Origin: Mobula hypostoma
Taxonomy: Eukaryota
Assembly (NCBI RefSeq): GCF_963921235.1
Contig: NC_086109.1
Coordinates: forward strand, 73,408,001 to 73,472,000
Length of the DNA: 64,000 bases
Reading direction: 5' to 3'
The notes beneath the pieces are model-generated. The model had not been told where the DNA came from and searched no databases. It was given only the letters and a program-made list of their open reading frames with translations. Shown here one piece after another: positions 11,941-25,746 of this stretch; the stretch's first letter is position 1, and each line of letters opens with the position of its first letter. A program made the position numbers and the translations under genes.

Positions 11941-13602
11941 TAAGTCATTGGTTTTACTATTTCTTCTAACATTCCTGGTACAAATTGCACTCATCTGTAT
12001 CAGTAAAATCACAGTCAAAAACATTATGTATACACACTGACATAGGCTGAAGTATTTTGGACTAGTCAGTGATATTTACTACACACAAGCAAAATAAAAA
12101 ATTCTGGTGCTAATTACATGAAAGCGGCACCAAATTTCCTCTTCTCATCACCAAGTGGGTGACTCGAAGCCATTGCTTCCTTAAGTCGTTCCAGCAAGAT
12201 GTTCAATTATTCTTGAAAGCATAGAAAATAGTTGTGCTTTCTCAGGACAAAACATTTGGAACAGCAGGGCTGAAGAATTGTTACAGTACTTGACAAACAT
12301 CTGTTACGTCCATTAGAGTCACATGTCATTTTACTTTCCAAATCCACTTTTTTGGATACTGCTAAAACACTTTCATAGTTTGTTATTTGAAATGGGATGG
12401 ATACCAAAAGAAAAATAACTTTGCTTCCATGCATTTGCAAATTTACTCGGACAATGCTTTTGCAAACTAAGTCTTTAAAACCACTGTTTTGCACCCACAC
12501 ATACATTCTTTAGCTATGGTCAACCTTTATTGTGCATCAATACTACAGCAGAGGAACAAAAAAAATGCTGACTCTTAATACTAAAAGGCAATGAGTCTGC
12601 CAGCTTTATATCCGTGTGACAGGATGCAAGTTCCAGAAACCAGAGCAAAGGAGTCTACAATATTTGTAGAACTGATTACCAACCTCATAAGTAAACAGTG
12701 TCAATGGATTCCATGATAGCTAACTTTTCTAGATCTCATAACACTTAGGCTGGGAAAACCCCCCTGCTGCACCTGGTTCAGGATAACACATGGCCCATTG
12801 GTCTCAAAGAAAATTAGCAATGACAGCAGGCTGAATGGTGAATTCCCCTATGTTTTCAACTTGATCAAATAGATTTAAACGTTTTTTTTGCTTTCTTAAG
12901 CTCTTATAATATTTTAGTATTTCACAAGTTAATTATATTAAAAGATTTAGCCCTCTCGGGGCTGAATAGTTTATGTGTTTTAGAATGCAAATTTCAGAGA
13001 CATTCCGAGATATTCACTGATTTTAATAACCTTCATAGCCCATAAACCTGACATACGTCTTGACCAGCTCTAAGCTTTTTGAGGATGGGATTTGCTGCTC
13101 ATGATTGGAAAGACCCTTCATATTACCGAGCCTCTCAATCACGACTGGGCATCAGGCAGAGGACTGTACACTAACACCCAATTCATCTAAGAACTGGCAT
13201 TCGAAGCAACACATCCAGTGACACTGAAACCTTGCTGGTAGATCTGGGTGATTAAATTCAAAACATTGTAAAGGTTTAAGTCAGGTGTACAGAAGTACAT
13301 TTGTTGTAGCAATGATAATTCTTTTGTAGATATTCTTTTGTAGATTTTTGTAAAACAATTCCTTCTGTGATGAAATACATGTTAGGAAGATTTCTAAGTT
13401 AATTCTGATCAGTCTTAACCAGAGTGAAGTATATCCCAATGTTACGGCAAGTATGATCATTCTTGAAATGTCCAATGTCCAATGAAGAATAAAAAAAAAT
13501 CATCAAGGTAGATGCTGCACAAAATTCAATCCCCACAACTCCTTAAACTCTGGTATTTTCACAAAAGGAAGTTGAAGAAATATCATTAATTTCTTTATTA
13601 GA

Positions 13603-13818
13603 AGAACAACACAGAAGAGGCCCTTCCAGCCGAATGAGCTGCACAGCCCAGAAACTCACTCATTCAACCCTTGTCTAATCACAGGAAAATTTACAGTAAC
13701 CAATTAACCTACTGACTAGTATGCCACTGGACTGTGGGAGGAAACCAAAGCACCCAGAGGAAACTCACAAGCATCATGGGGAAGACGTACAAACTCCTTA
13801 CAGAGGAAGCCAGAATGT
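13603..13818 (-). mobile_element. V-SINE (HE1-like) fragment
   Basis: Reverse complement of V domain GGAGTTTGTACGTCTTCCCC..GAGTTTCCTCTGGGTGCTTTGGTTTCCTCCCACAGTCC with a CR1-type tail. Confidence 0.75.
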
Positions 13819-14339
13819 CAGCCAAAGTTCTCTAAATATCAGTTAAAATGCTCCCTTGTAGATTGGAGGATTAGTAGATTCCCCGGTTACAAAGACACAA
13901 TTATCTGAGATCATATTATTCATACTAACTCAGCTTCAGTTCTAAAGTTTTAAATGAAAATAGAAGATATATTCGCACATAGCAGTTTTAATAAGTTTTT
14001 ACTGTAGGGATCATCAAAGATTTGATGACGCAGAAGTTAAAAGTGCCTTTGCGGCCACTGCATTTACTTCTAAAGCAGTAAGTGCATTACGCCTTTGCAA
14101 CTTCGGCTTTGAAAAAGTATATTTGTTGGTATTAGTCTTGTATGTAATAAAATGGTTGAAAAGCAAAAGGTAAATAATAAATTATGGATCACAAGTGAAC
14201 ACTATTAGCATTCACATAAGGAAAGGCATTCACTCAGCTCCAATATAAACTACATTAAAACATGGATGGAATGAATGATTTGGAACATCCTAACCAAAAC
14301 AGAAAAAGGAAATTAAAGTTCAGAAATTGGCCCAAAGCT

Positions 14340-15200
14340 TTATCGTATCATAGAAAGTTTGTGATAGGCCAGGATATTCAGTTTATCATATATGTACAAG
14401 TCAAAGAAGAACTATCCAACCTAATTCCACCATTTAGCACTCATACCCCTGGCAGTACATATTCCAAATACTGTTTAAATGTGATGAATATTTCCAGACC
14501 TTGGCCACCCTTTGGGTAAACACATTTCTATGACTTCCCTCTAACCCTTCAAACAATTACTTTCAGTCTCAGTCAGAGATTTTGTAACCCCATTGCTAAA
14601 GGAAACAAATATTTTCTAATTAATCTATCTAGGCGTCATTTGTTTTTTTGGATACTTTAAGTCTCCAATCAGCCTCTCCGTTTCAAAGAAAACAATCTAT
14701 TTTTTATCAGATCTTTTCTAAAAGCTGAAATTTTACAGTTCTATGAACATCTTCTGAATTCTTCTCTGCATGCTTCTCAGTGCAGCCACATCTTTCTTGC
14801 AAGTTGTGACCAGAACTATGGACAGTATTCAAACTGTGGCTTAGTACTGCATACAGTTCTTGCTCTCATCTTGTATGCTTCAACTAATAACAAAAAGCAA
14901 CCATGAAGCTCTTCAGCTATCTTACTGATCTGCCCTACTATCATTAATCTTTCATGGACATAGATCCCAAAGTTCCTTCTTTTCTCCACACCATTCAGTA
15001 TCATTCAGTTTACTCTCAACTTCCTTGCTTCCTGCAACTCTTCCATTACTTCATAGTACTCCGAGTTAATTCTATTTTGCTGTTTTCTACCCTCCTGACT
15101 AGACCATCTATCTCTTCTCATAGTCCGAAGAGTCCCTCCACAGTGTCAACCACACTGCCCTTTCTACATTGTCTACAAACTTCTGTATCATGTTCAAAGA
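14340..15200 (-). mobile_element. Decayed CR1 LINE fragment
   Basis: PQFEYCP and RNFGIYVH remnants in the ORF track. Boundaries approximate. Confidence 0.6.
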
Positions 15201-18200
15201 TACAGGCCTTCATCCGCCATATTAAGTGGACACAAAGGGCAGTTCACACAGACAGAAGTGTAAGGGAATGACTTTCTAGAAGCCATATTGTAGCCACAAA
15301 TAGAGACATTACAATATCAAAACATACATACAAATCCATGAAATAGGAAAAGCACTGAAGTGTAAATGATTTGATTACTTTTACATATGATTTTGAACAC
15401 ATACGCACGATTCAAATTTATCTTTACCTGAGGACAAATCACATCCTTTGATCCACTGAACTAAATGACAGTGGTGTGGGAGCTACTAGCATAGCAGCAG
15501 CTCCTACCAGAACTCACCCAGAGAAAATAATTCTGGAGTGTTATCACCAAGATCAATGAATATGGCAGTAACTAAAAGCTGGAGAAGAGATACGCTGCAC
15601 GCAAGAGCTCCAACTTATGTAAGAGAGAAAATGGGGGTTGCACAAGGAGTGTTGTAATAGGTCTGTATCTGACACCAAGCAAACATTAGCCTCCCTCTCT
15701 GAACAGAACCCAAACATCTAGAGTTCACGTGGGGTGATGGCACAATTTCACCAAGAAATGATTTCTAGTTCTCTCTACATTGGGTTAAAAATCAATTGCT
15801 GCACATGTGGGTGCTAATCGATGCAAGCTTAACCAAACTGGACAAAATGTTCAAGGGTTCCATATTCAAACCTAGATGAAGATTATTGTTATACCAATTA
15901 GATTAAACTTTCTGAGCTGACATCCTATCCACAGAAAATTTTCCTTCTAATCAGAAATATAAGCATTTAGTACTGATACAGGACATTATTTTGGATAGAA
16001 CTAACATGAGATCTTCACTAAATCTAGGCATGTTTGCCTGGAAATTCATTAGTGGCGTTAAGGATCCAGCTCAAAATTGGATTCAGTGGAATGGAATCTG
16101 TGAGGCAAAATATAATACATTGTCACTAATAAAAAGCGTATTTGCTATCACTGCCCAGGATTAATGTCTATTCCCATGTCATTTAGCTTACAGGATGCTT
16201 CCATAGTTTGGAAAAGCAGGGAATGGTGTTCTACAAAACACAGGAAGCAAAAAAAAAATCAACTACCTCATGATGCATATAAATTAAACACTCTATGCAA
16301 ACAGATATTGGTTTATTCATGGAAAGGAATTATACCACGATTAGGGCAACAAACCAACTCTGCTAATTTCTCCCAATATAAATAAGTCATAATACTAGAA
16401 GACTTGTATAAATCATGACCCTGGTTATAAAGTCTCCCCATGGGAATTAATGTTTCTCAAGCAAGCAGTCAGACCAACTGAATTAGTAAACTTGCAAGAT
16501 GACATATGAGGAAGAATACTGCAGGTTTAAAACATGTCTGGCAGCCAATGATCCATTGGTTGGCAGAAGATATACAGCAACTGCAAAAAAAAAGATAAAT
16601 ATTTAAATTTCCTAATTTAAATATTTAAATTAACATTGACTATTAAATTTGCTAGTCGATGTAATAATATTTGGCTTTCCATACATGGATCAGTTGATTT
16701 CCATTTGCATTGGACTCTATTATAGGTTGAACTGAATAGGTGGGTCCAAGTAGCAAACAGAGGCAGAGTAGGCAGAACTCAGCTACATATGGTATCAGCA
16801 TTTTATTAGTTTCCTTTCTGATTGAACTTTGATGATTCAGTTTTCTTATAATATGTTGTGATGCCAATGGTGAGCAGCACAGAATATTCTGCAAGATAAA
16901 TAAACTATGTTTTGGGTTGTGCCTAGGGGCTTTTTCAAGGCATGGGAACAAAGTTAACAAATAGCTCCATGTCATCCAATGTCATCTGAAGGTGATATGT
17001 GCATCACCAATGCTAACGCCCAAGATGTACCCATCCCAGAATACATGCTAAACTTAATGCTCAACAATGTAAGGAGGGCCCAGGATAACGATTACCTTCT
17101 CTGAGTCTGTTAGTGTATACTGGAAAGAATGTCAAAGATGTTCTAAAACCAGTTTGACCTGCAGTGTTAGAACAAATCTCCCGTGGCAGGCTGAATCCAT
17201 CTGTCTTTAAAGTTTGCATCTGTTACTTCCTGCTGCTGTCTCAGTGCTGGTGTATAGATGATACCAACAAGCAAAACTCAGTATCCTGTGCTAAAGGGTA
17301 AAGCTGTTCACACCGGAACTCAAGCCATGCCTTTATTTCTTCCATCATAGGTAATTCCTTAATTAAGTTTAAAGAATAGTAATGTTCCAAGTCACATGCT
17401 CAGAATGATAAAATGGATTTTTTTTAAAATCTGAAAACAGGTCTAATGCAACCATAGACTGTTTCAATATAATTTCAAAGTGTCAGATTATCAATTATCA
17501 TCAATTCAATTAGGCTTAAAGATATGACTACACTAAGATAAACAGATTTCTCTAATCTCTTTCATAGCCATTTCAAAAACAAATCTGCACACCATTTTAC
17601 TCAACAGACCCCTCACACAAATGTGTAAAGTGTTGATTCTTCCTGTAGCACTTTGAGGTTTAATGATAGTTAAATGTTAAGAAGCCCCAAGTACTTTGGA
17701 TTCAAGCCAGGATCAGCAACACTTGGGTCGTGCTAAGTAATGAATATAGATACAGTACTTGTAAAGTTCTATAAAAAGACAGCAGTGAGTAATTAATCGT
17801 AGGTTGATATTTGCCTTGTGATCTACTTTCTATTCCCAGAATGAAATATCAATCTGTTTCTGTATAATTCAGCTGTGAGAAGCATTTGACAAAAAGAGAG
17901 AATACTGACAGGAACTGGTGTAATAGAATTGTTTCAGCCTCAGTGACTTATGCTAGACCTTTTACTATACACAGTCTTGAGGGAAACAAAAGAAATTGAT
18001 AGCTGCAACCTTGAAGTACAAATCGCTTCTAGTAATTGTTTTAAAATGATGACATTGCATGGCAACACTCCCTCATACAGTGCCACCAATTACAAAGTTT
18101 AACAAAGAGGAAATGTTGTTCTAATTTGTTATTAATACCTCATACAGTATTAGTATTGGTGCACAACTACCCTACTCAGTTACCAGTAAAAAATGATGAA

Positions 18201-19847
18201 CACTTTAATTCATGGTGATAAAATTTTAATGGAATTCAAAGGGATCATGAAGCTGCTTCAAAATTTCTTCTGAGTTCCTTCTGAATGATAGAAAAGACAA
18301 TGACTCCTAGAAGATGATGCACTGAGCAGTAGTTAAGCATGATTGCACAGAGCTCTGTTCACTTCTAGAGCTTTATGAACAGGCATCAGAACATAGCTAC
18401 CTACATGCATTAGTTGCAGAAAGACTCCAGAGACAAGATGACATGGTGCAACATTACTAGGGCAGAAAAGTTGCAGGATTAGCAAAGGAAATAGTATAAG
18501 TCATTTAACAGTTGCAAGTTTATTGATAAAGGCACTGGGAAATGTTCGTGCAGAGAAATATATATATAAATAAATAAAACAGGGAAACTCATTCACAGAG
18601 AAGATTCACAGATTCTGAAGCTGAAAATTCAATTAGGCATTGATTACAGACACAGAAATAAAATAATTTTGGTGCTAAGTTAAAAATAAAGTTATGAACC
18701 AAAAATATATAGTTAGCCTGACTGGGTAAAAAGCAAAAGAACACACTCACAAAGTAAGTTGCAAGTTAAAGTTCAGAGTCTTGCATTAGCCACCATTTTA
18801 TGCATTCAGGATTTTAGAATATGGGAGTACAGACGTCTGCACACATCTTGAAATCACACTGTTTGCACCACTGTACTTAAAATTCATAATTTTACTAATT
18901 TTATCTATAATTTGAACAGCTGACAAATTGAACTTTACAAAACATTACCCAAACTTAAAAATAACCTTGCCTGACACTTACATTTAAGCAGTTAGGTTGA
19001 TCATAATAGATATACAATACTAAAAGGCTTTCAGCATGAAGCAATACGCGTCTTACACAAGCAGGCAACAACAACTACTGCTTACTCTCTTTGTAAGCTT
19101 GCTTCTTTCCTTTCTTACAAATAATGAACACAGACATCTTGTTCATTTCCCCAGGGAGTGCCCCCCCTTCCCCCCATTCTTAAAACAAATTCTACAGAAA
19201 ACACTCAGTGGGTCAGGTAATAAGTGTGGGGATCAGAAGCCAGGGTTGACATTAAAAATACTACAGGTAAAAAGGTTAAGAATTCAAGGGAAAAAAGAGT
19301 TGGATGAAAAGGTACAGATCATTTCTTTAGGATGTTCAGAACAGGTGAAAATGACTCCACTTAATTTTGAGAAATGGGGTTTAACTTATCTTAGTTACCT
19401 TCTCAACAGAAACTCATTAGCAAAATCCTGTATACAGAGCAATGTAACATAAATTTTAAGTGACTGCATATCTACCTAGGACCATAGATCAGCAGTTTAA
19501 TTCCAACAAATAACACTTTAAAAAAAGAATTAATCTTGAAAAGCTCTGAACTGATCACTTCTGATTAATGCTCACAAATGCCAAGAAGAAAGCAAAGTTT
19601 GAAGAATAAGGTTAAATAAACCTAACATATGAAAATATCTATTTACGTAAATTGCCCTTCACATTTTTAACATACTAAAATATTATGAAGATAAATATTT
19701 ATCACATCTTAATGAAAGAGGTTATTGGTCACAAACCAAAAGAACCACTAAACCAAATCTGCCTCAGATAACTTTGGGTGATATAATGCTGATTATTAGC
19801 AATAAAATATCAAGGCAAGACACACACATGACCTTTTTTTGTTCATT

Positions 19848-20906
19848 CTCTTCTTCTTCTTCAGCTGTCCATCGATTTTGATGTTGACTGTGCTGAGAGT
19901 TCGGTCTCTGCAGGCACATTTATGGGCCACAAGACCAACACTGGATCGGCACTGTCTCCCACATGGGTTGCATTTGTGAGTTGAGTGGTCTAACAACGAA
20001 TGTCTGTGTTCATGACCTGCTTCATATTTCTTCTGCCTTTTGTCCTCGACAGCTGGCATTGACTTCTTGAAAATGCAGTGCCAACTTCTTCTGTCCAAAG
20101 CATCTTTCTCCCAGGTGTTGACATTCATGTCAGTGTCCTTCATATGGCACTTGAGCACATCTTTATAGGGCAGCATCTGGCCACCATGCTTCCTCTTTCC
20201 TTCATGTAGCTTGCCACAGAAAACAGATTTGGGTAAACAATCATAACTCACACTTGTGACATGACCAGCCCAACACAGCTGTGAAGCTGTAACGAGCGAT
20301 TCTACGCTGACTGTCCCAGCACGTTTGAGCACCTCCACATCTGGTACCCTCTCTTGCCACTTGATGTGTAATATTTGGCGTAAATGCCTGTGTTGTGTCT
20401 TGGTCAATTTCTTGATGTGCTTCTGATACAATGTCATCGTTTCAGTTGAATAAAGCAGAGATGGTAAAACAGCTGTGTTATACACTTTGACCTTGATTGT
20501 CAGTTTAATGTCGTGGTGAGACCAAAGTCGCTTCTGCAAAGCACCAAAGACTTTTGTAGCTGATTGAATTCTCCTCTCAACTTCCAGATCTGATGAGTTG
20601 GTGTTGGTCACAGCGTTTCCCAAGTATGTGAAAGAGTCAGAACATTTCAGTGCTACCCCATTGACCGATATGACTGGTGGTTGGGTCTCACTAGGACTAC
20701 ACAGAGGCGGCGGCAGGTACAGAAGTTCGGTTTTGGAGACATTGATTCTTAGGCGAAAAAGAGTAGCAGTAAACAAAAAGCAGTCTACAATTTCTTGAAT
20801 CACATTAACATCAGTAGCAACCAGGGCTGAGTTGTCTGCATACAGAAGCTCTCTGACACATATCTCTCTTGATTTGGTTCATCATCCACAACGCAGAGAA
20901 AGTCCC
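19848..20906 (-). mobile_element. 5'-truncated RTE/BovB-type LINE
   Basis: In-frame ELLYADN, FTYLG, RRIQSATKVFGAL, VYNTAVLPSLLYSTET, G.RKHGGQ..YKD and C-terminal CxxC..H. (AAG)n tail. 8-bp TSD TGTTCATT at 19840-19847 and 20907-20914. Confidence 0.9.
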
Positions 20907-21714
20907 TGTTCATTACAACCCTACTCTACTACAAGGTACTATGATGTACTGGTCAATCAAGGAAGACATGAAGGCATTGTCTAGTTTGCAATTTTTAAAT
21001 GTAGATTCCATGGAGATTAACATTAACTATGTGACACTCAGTAGATTAGTTCTCTTATTTTTTTCATCCTCAATGAAACGAAGAATTGAAAGAATTATAT
21101 AATGGACTCTCAATATGCTTCCGTCAATTTTAAACCAATCATATAGTCACAGATGCTCGCATTCATCTTGCCCAGGGACAATGCTTTTATCTCTTTTACT
21201 TAAACTGAAGTAGCAAATTTACTAAAATTTTTTGCAAACAATATTTTAATATTTTATTATTTAACATCCAGTGAAGCCTGGTCATCATTCTATATAAATT
21301 AAACAAATACCTAAACAGCTTTTATCAAAGACTAGCATTTGACAACTATTGTAAGTGACATCCCACAGTATACAATATGTTCCAACTCATCTGCTGAAGA
21401 AATGTGGGTGTCGCGTTATTGTCACTTGCTATTTTTGGAAGCAGGAGAACGGAAGGAGATAAATCCCAGAATAATATTTCATCATTGCTCAGCTATCATG
21501 GAAAACACTGTTTGTCAAGACAGTTTACATAAAAACTGATTAAAAATAAGAGTTTGATTCGTTGTAGCTACTCTTTAACAAATGACATTGTGCTATCTAT
21601 TTTTCCAGTTTCTGTACATACTTTACATACTTTCAACTAAATATATCCATTATTCAGGAAACAGGGCATCATAATTCTTTGAAAGATTTCATCTTTTGTA
21701 AGTTCTAAGTACAC

Positions 21715-22122
21715 CAAAGGCTCTCACATATTTCTACAGATGTACTGTGGAAAGCATTCTAAGTGGTTGCATCAATATCTGTTAAGGAGGGGCTACTGCA
21801 CAGGGGTGGAAAAAGCTGCAGATGAGCCCAAAAAAGCGGCATCCATCATTAAGGGCCCCCAACACCCAGGACATGCCCTCTTCTCATTGCTACCATCGAG
21901 GAGGAGGTAGAGGGGCTAAAAGACACACACTTAATATTTCAGGAACAGCTTGTTCCCTGTCACCATCAGATTTCTGGATGGACAATGAACTCATGAATTA
22001 CACTACGTTTTTTTTAAATATCTACTTATTGCATTTATAGGTTTCTTATTATGCATTGCAATATACTGCTGCCACAAAAGAAATTTCACAACTTATGCCA
22101 GTGATATTAAACCTGACTGATT
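21715..22122 (+). mobile_element. Rex1/Babar-type LINE 3' fragment
   Basis: Similar to 42330-42865 (TGTACTGTGGAAAGCATTCT..CACCCAGGACATGCCCTCTTCTC) with an internal deletion. Confidence 0.8.
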
Positions 22123-22426
22123 AGGACCTTAAGTGCCATTTTACAATAGCCTGGTTTAGCAGGCAAGTCATGCATGAAGTGATTGAAAGGAACCCTGCCT
22201 TTGCTTTTCCCATCTGCAATGAAGCATCTAGTCTTTGTTCTGCAACTCGTTTTGGCAGCACAGCTACCAAGCAACTATGCAATACGGGCAATCATGTGAG
22301 GAAAGACAGGTCCTTCACTGAATGTGGTAGAAGAATCTAAAAATATTATCAACTAGGCAGTGAAAAAGAAAATGTTCAAGCTTCCCTGCTCTGAGCTGCC
22401 ATTTTAAATATGTGCAGATCATGTTG

Positions 22427-22566
22427 CAGCTGTACAATCTCACCCATTCAAAGTCTGTCTTGCATTTCTACTTGCCATTGGGACAGATGCCTTAGCCTCA
22501 TTATCACATCTCCAGCTGATGCAGAGACAGCTGGAAACAGCTGGGTTAGAGCAGGTGGTACAACTG
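22427..22566. promoter_or_regulatory. Candidate bHLH E-box enhancer cluster
   Basis: CAGCTG at 22427, 22513, 22528 and 22538; CAGATG 22484; CAGGTG 22552; CAACTG 22561. Function is inferred. Confidence 0.45.
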
Positions 22567-23601
22567 TTCGAACAAAAATTAAACTACTCCTTGGAGGCAT
22601 GTGGATATAATACACATTAAATATAATTAAAAATGTATATAGTTTGTGGAGTAAATGACGCAGCCTTGTGTAACACCTACATACAATACCACAGTGTGGC
22701 AGGATGTGGCTTTCACATTCAAGATCCCCCAGTTTGATGATTTTCTGATTTCTCATCGTGTTATATGGAAAATACAGAGGTCAGGTGCTTCCTCACAGGA
22801 GATAAAGATCAACAAGAGAACAATTATCCAAACAATGTGGATACCAGCTGAAAGACTGATGCCTAGGAGTACATTGTTTTCTCACCCTTTCAAAAAGTCA
22901 CACCTGCTCTGTGGCCCAGGGAAACCAAGGAATACCGAGAAAAACAGGGAAGGTCTTCATCTGAATTAACAATACAAACAGGCATTGCCTTCTGTTAACA
23001 TACATCTTTGCTTTCTCCAGCCTCTGGACAATCAATTCAATGTTCTTTAACTTGCTTATGATGAGTTAGACAATGTACATGGTTGCACATGTTTAAATAT
23101 GAACTTAAGTTAAAAGCAGAAAATCATTTCATTGTATTCATAAATAAAAAGCAAATTTTAATGGAATGCCTTCTCACTCATTTTGCCTGCTCCAATTCCA
23201 ATCAAGAAATTCTTCATCTTATTTTTCTGACCTCTATCAAAACTAATGTACTACGTATCAGGAATGGCCTATAGTTCCTTAAAGCTGATAATCTATTTAT
23301 ATCATTGTTCTATGCTCCAATGCCATCCTTGACTGAAATCTCCAATAACCTTACTAAATATCCATCAATTTAATTCCAAATTACTTGACCTAAAATCCAT
23401 GGATTTTGGAACCACAAGTTTTGGATTTCAACTACATTTGTGTAATCAAAGTGCTTTCAATTTTTGCTCCTAAATGACCAAAGCTTGTTCTGGATTCATC
23501 CAGAGGAGAAAGTGTCAACATAAATGGCCTGTCAATTCTCTTCATCACTTTAAACAAACCAATCCACAGACATTTAGACTTGAAGATTTAAAATTCACAC
23601 T

Positions 23602-24272
23602 AAAGTTCAAAGTTCAAATTTATTATCAAAGTACGTGTATATAACCATATGCAACTCAGATTCATTTTCTTGTGGGCATACTCAATAAATCCAATAACCA
23701 TATAGAATTAATGAAAGCCGAAAGGGCGGACAACCAGTGTGCAAAAGACAACAATCTGTGCAAATAGAAGAAAAATAATAATAATTAAATAAGTAATAAA
23801 TATCTAGAACACGAGTTGAAGAGTCCTTGAAAGAGAGTCTATAGGTTGTGGGAACATGTCAATGATGCGTCAAATGAAGTGGAGTGAAGTTATCCCCTTT
23901 GGTTCAGGAGCCTTATGGCTGGGAGTTAATAACTGTTCCTAAACCTGCTGAGGCTTCTGCACCACTTTACTGGTGGCGGCAACAAGAAGAGAGCATAACC
24001 TGGGTGGTAGCTGTCCTTACTGATGAGTGTTGCTTTCCTGCAACAACACACAACGTGGATCTGCTTTATGGCTGGGAGGTCTTTATGGATGATGGACTGG
24101 ACTGTATCCATTACTTTTTGTTGGACTTTCCATCCAAGGGCATTGGTGTTTCCATACCAGGCCGTGATGTAGCTAGTCAATACATACTTTACAACACATT
24201 GACAGAGGTTTGTCAAAGCTTTCGACATTATGCCAAACCTTTGCAAACTTCTAAAGGAAGAAGTGCTGCTGT
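23602..24272 (-). mobile_element. Rex1/Babar-type LINE 3' fragment
   Basis: VLTSYITAWYG and HPGYALFLLPP; (TTTGAAC)-type tail. Confidence 0.8.
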
Positions 24273-24418
24273 TTATTTTTACATTTTAGTTGAAAGTTGA
24301 ATTTCAGCTGATATTCTGGTAAATCTAAACTATACTATTCCTAAGGCTACCACATACTATTCCTTTGTTGCAACTTTATGCCCCAAAACAGCATACCAGA
24401 ATTTTAATATTTGTTCAA

Positions 24419-24499
24419 CAGGAGCACCATTTTTTTTTAAATGCCACAGACCAACACCATTAGGCAAGGGGTCCATAGACCCCAGGTTAGGAACCCCTG
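24419..24499. mobile_element. hAT-type MITE, uninterrupted relative
   Basis: CAGGAG..ATGCCACAGACCAACACCATTAGGCAAGGGGTCCATAGACCCCAGGTTAGGAACCCCTG. No TSD recognisable. Confidence 0.6.
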
Positions 24500-24569
24500 A
24501 ACTAAAAGATCACAACGTCACTTCTGAATTCTAATCGCCTTCAGCTAAAGGCCTAAATTTATAATAATT

Positions 24570-24800
24570 AATAGGCCCTTACGGTCTTTCAAGCCCTGCC
24601 ACAATTTAACCCTAAACTAATCACGTGGTAATTTACAATGACCATTAATTTGGACTGTGGGAGGAAACTAGAAGATCCTAGGATAACCCATGCATTTGAC
24701 TGGGGGGCAGGGGGCGGGATGTACAGAGACTCCTTACAGAGGATGCTGAGATTAAACTCTAAACTCTGATGCCCCAAGTTAACCATTATGCTACCACTGG
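24570..24800 (-). mobile_element. V-SINE fragment
   Basis: TTTGGACTGTGGGAGGAAAC..ACTCCTTACAGAGG, shared with 13603-13818. Confidence 0.7.
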
Positions 24801-25616
24801 CCAATAAGAACACATCAGAGTCCTGGCTCACTGATGACCTATCATTATTGTCGTTTTTAAACCACTGCAATCTTTCTACACATAGCTATCTCCCAGTTCA
24901 TTAGTGAGACCCATACTGTACAGGGCCTCTAAATATCAAATGATCAACTTCGGTGACCATTATCTCAGTTGAAAATTTGGAAAATCTGAGGTGGCTGGTG
25001 TCACCCCTTTAGACTCCATGAATAATCCACTAGGAGAGTGAAGATGCATCTGGAGACAAGACATAACTGGAGTAGAAGGTACCACTTCAGTCCACTTGGT
25101 GGATCTTTCTACGTTTAAATGGAAGATCGGAATAAATATGTGGATCTCATAGGAACGTTAAGAGGTAATTTGCCTGAGATCAATTGTGAAGCAAGTCAAT
25201 GATCATGCGATGTTATATTTCGCAACTCAACGAGGATACTGAACAAAATTATGATTAAAGTTTTGACAGGAACAGATCTGATTTATGACTGGTAAGTCAG
25301 AACTGCCAGAAATATTTAAACAAATTGTAAAAGGTGTGTTGAAAACCAGTACCAGCTAGTTTTTTTTGGCCTCAAGAAGTGGAAAAAAAAACATGAGATA
25401 CTGGAAATCTGAAATGAAGGGTGTTTGACCCAAAATATTAAGTCAGTCTGTCTTTCCACAGATGTTACCTCCCCGTTCAGTATTTCCAACATTGTTTATT
25501 TTTTACAAAGTATATTATGTGAGCCTTATCTTTGAGGCAGAAGAAAGGAAGTGTCAGCAGGTACGTTGCTAAGAAAACCTGTTTCTTGGAAGCTAGAATG
25601 TAATGAATCCGCAAGG

Positions 25617-25746
25617 AGTCCTGACGAAGATCTCACCCAAATGTCAACTGTTTTCTCTTCATTGATGCTGCCTGAACCACTGAGTTCCTCCAGCATTTTG
25701 TGTGCGCTGCTTTGAATTTTCAGCATCTGCAGATTTTCTCGTGTTT
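25617..25746 (+). mobile_element. Single-arm Penelope-type terminus with decayed hammerhead
   Basis: AGTCCTGACGAAG..TGCTGCCTGA..CAGCATCTGCAGATTTTCTCGTGTTT. Confidence 0.75.
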
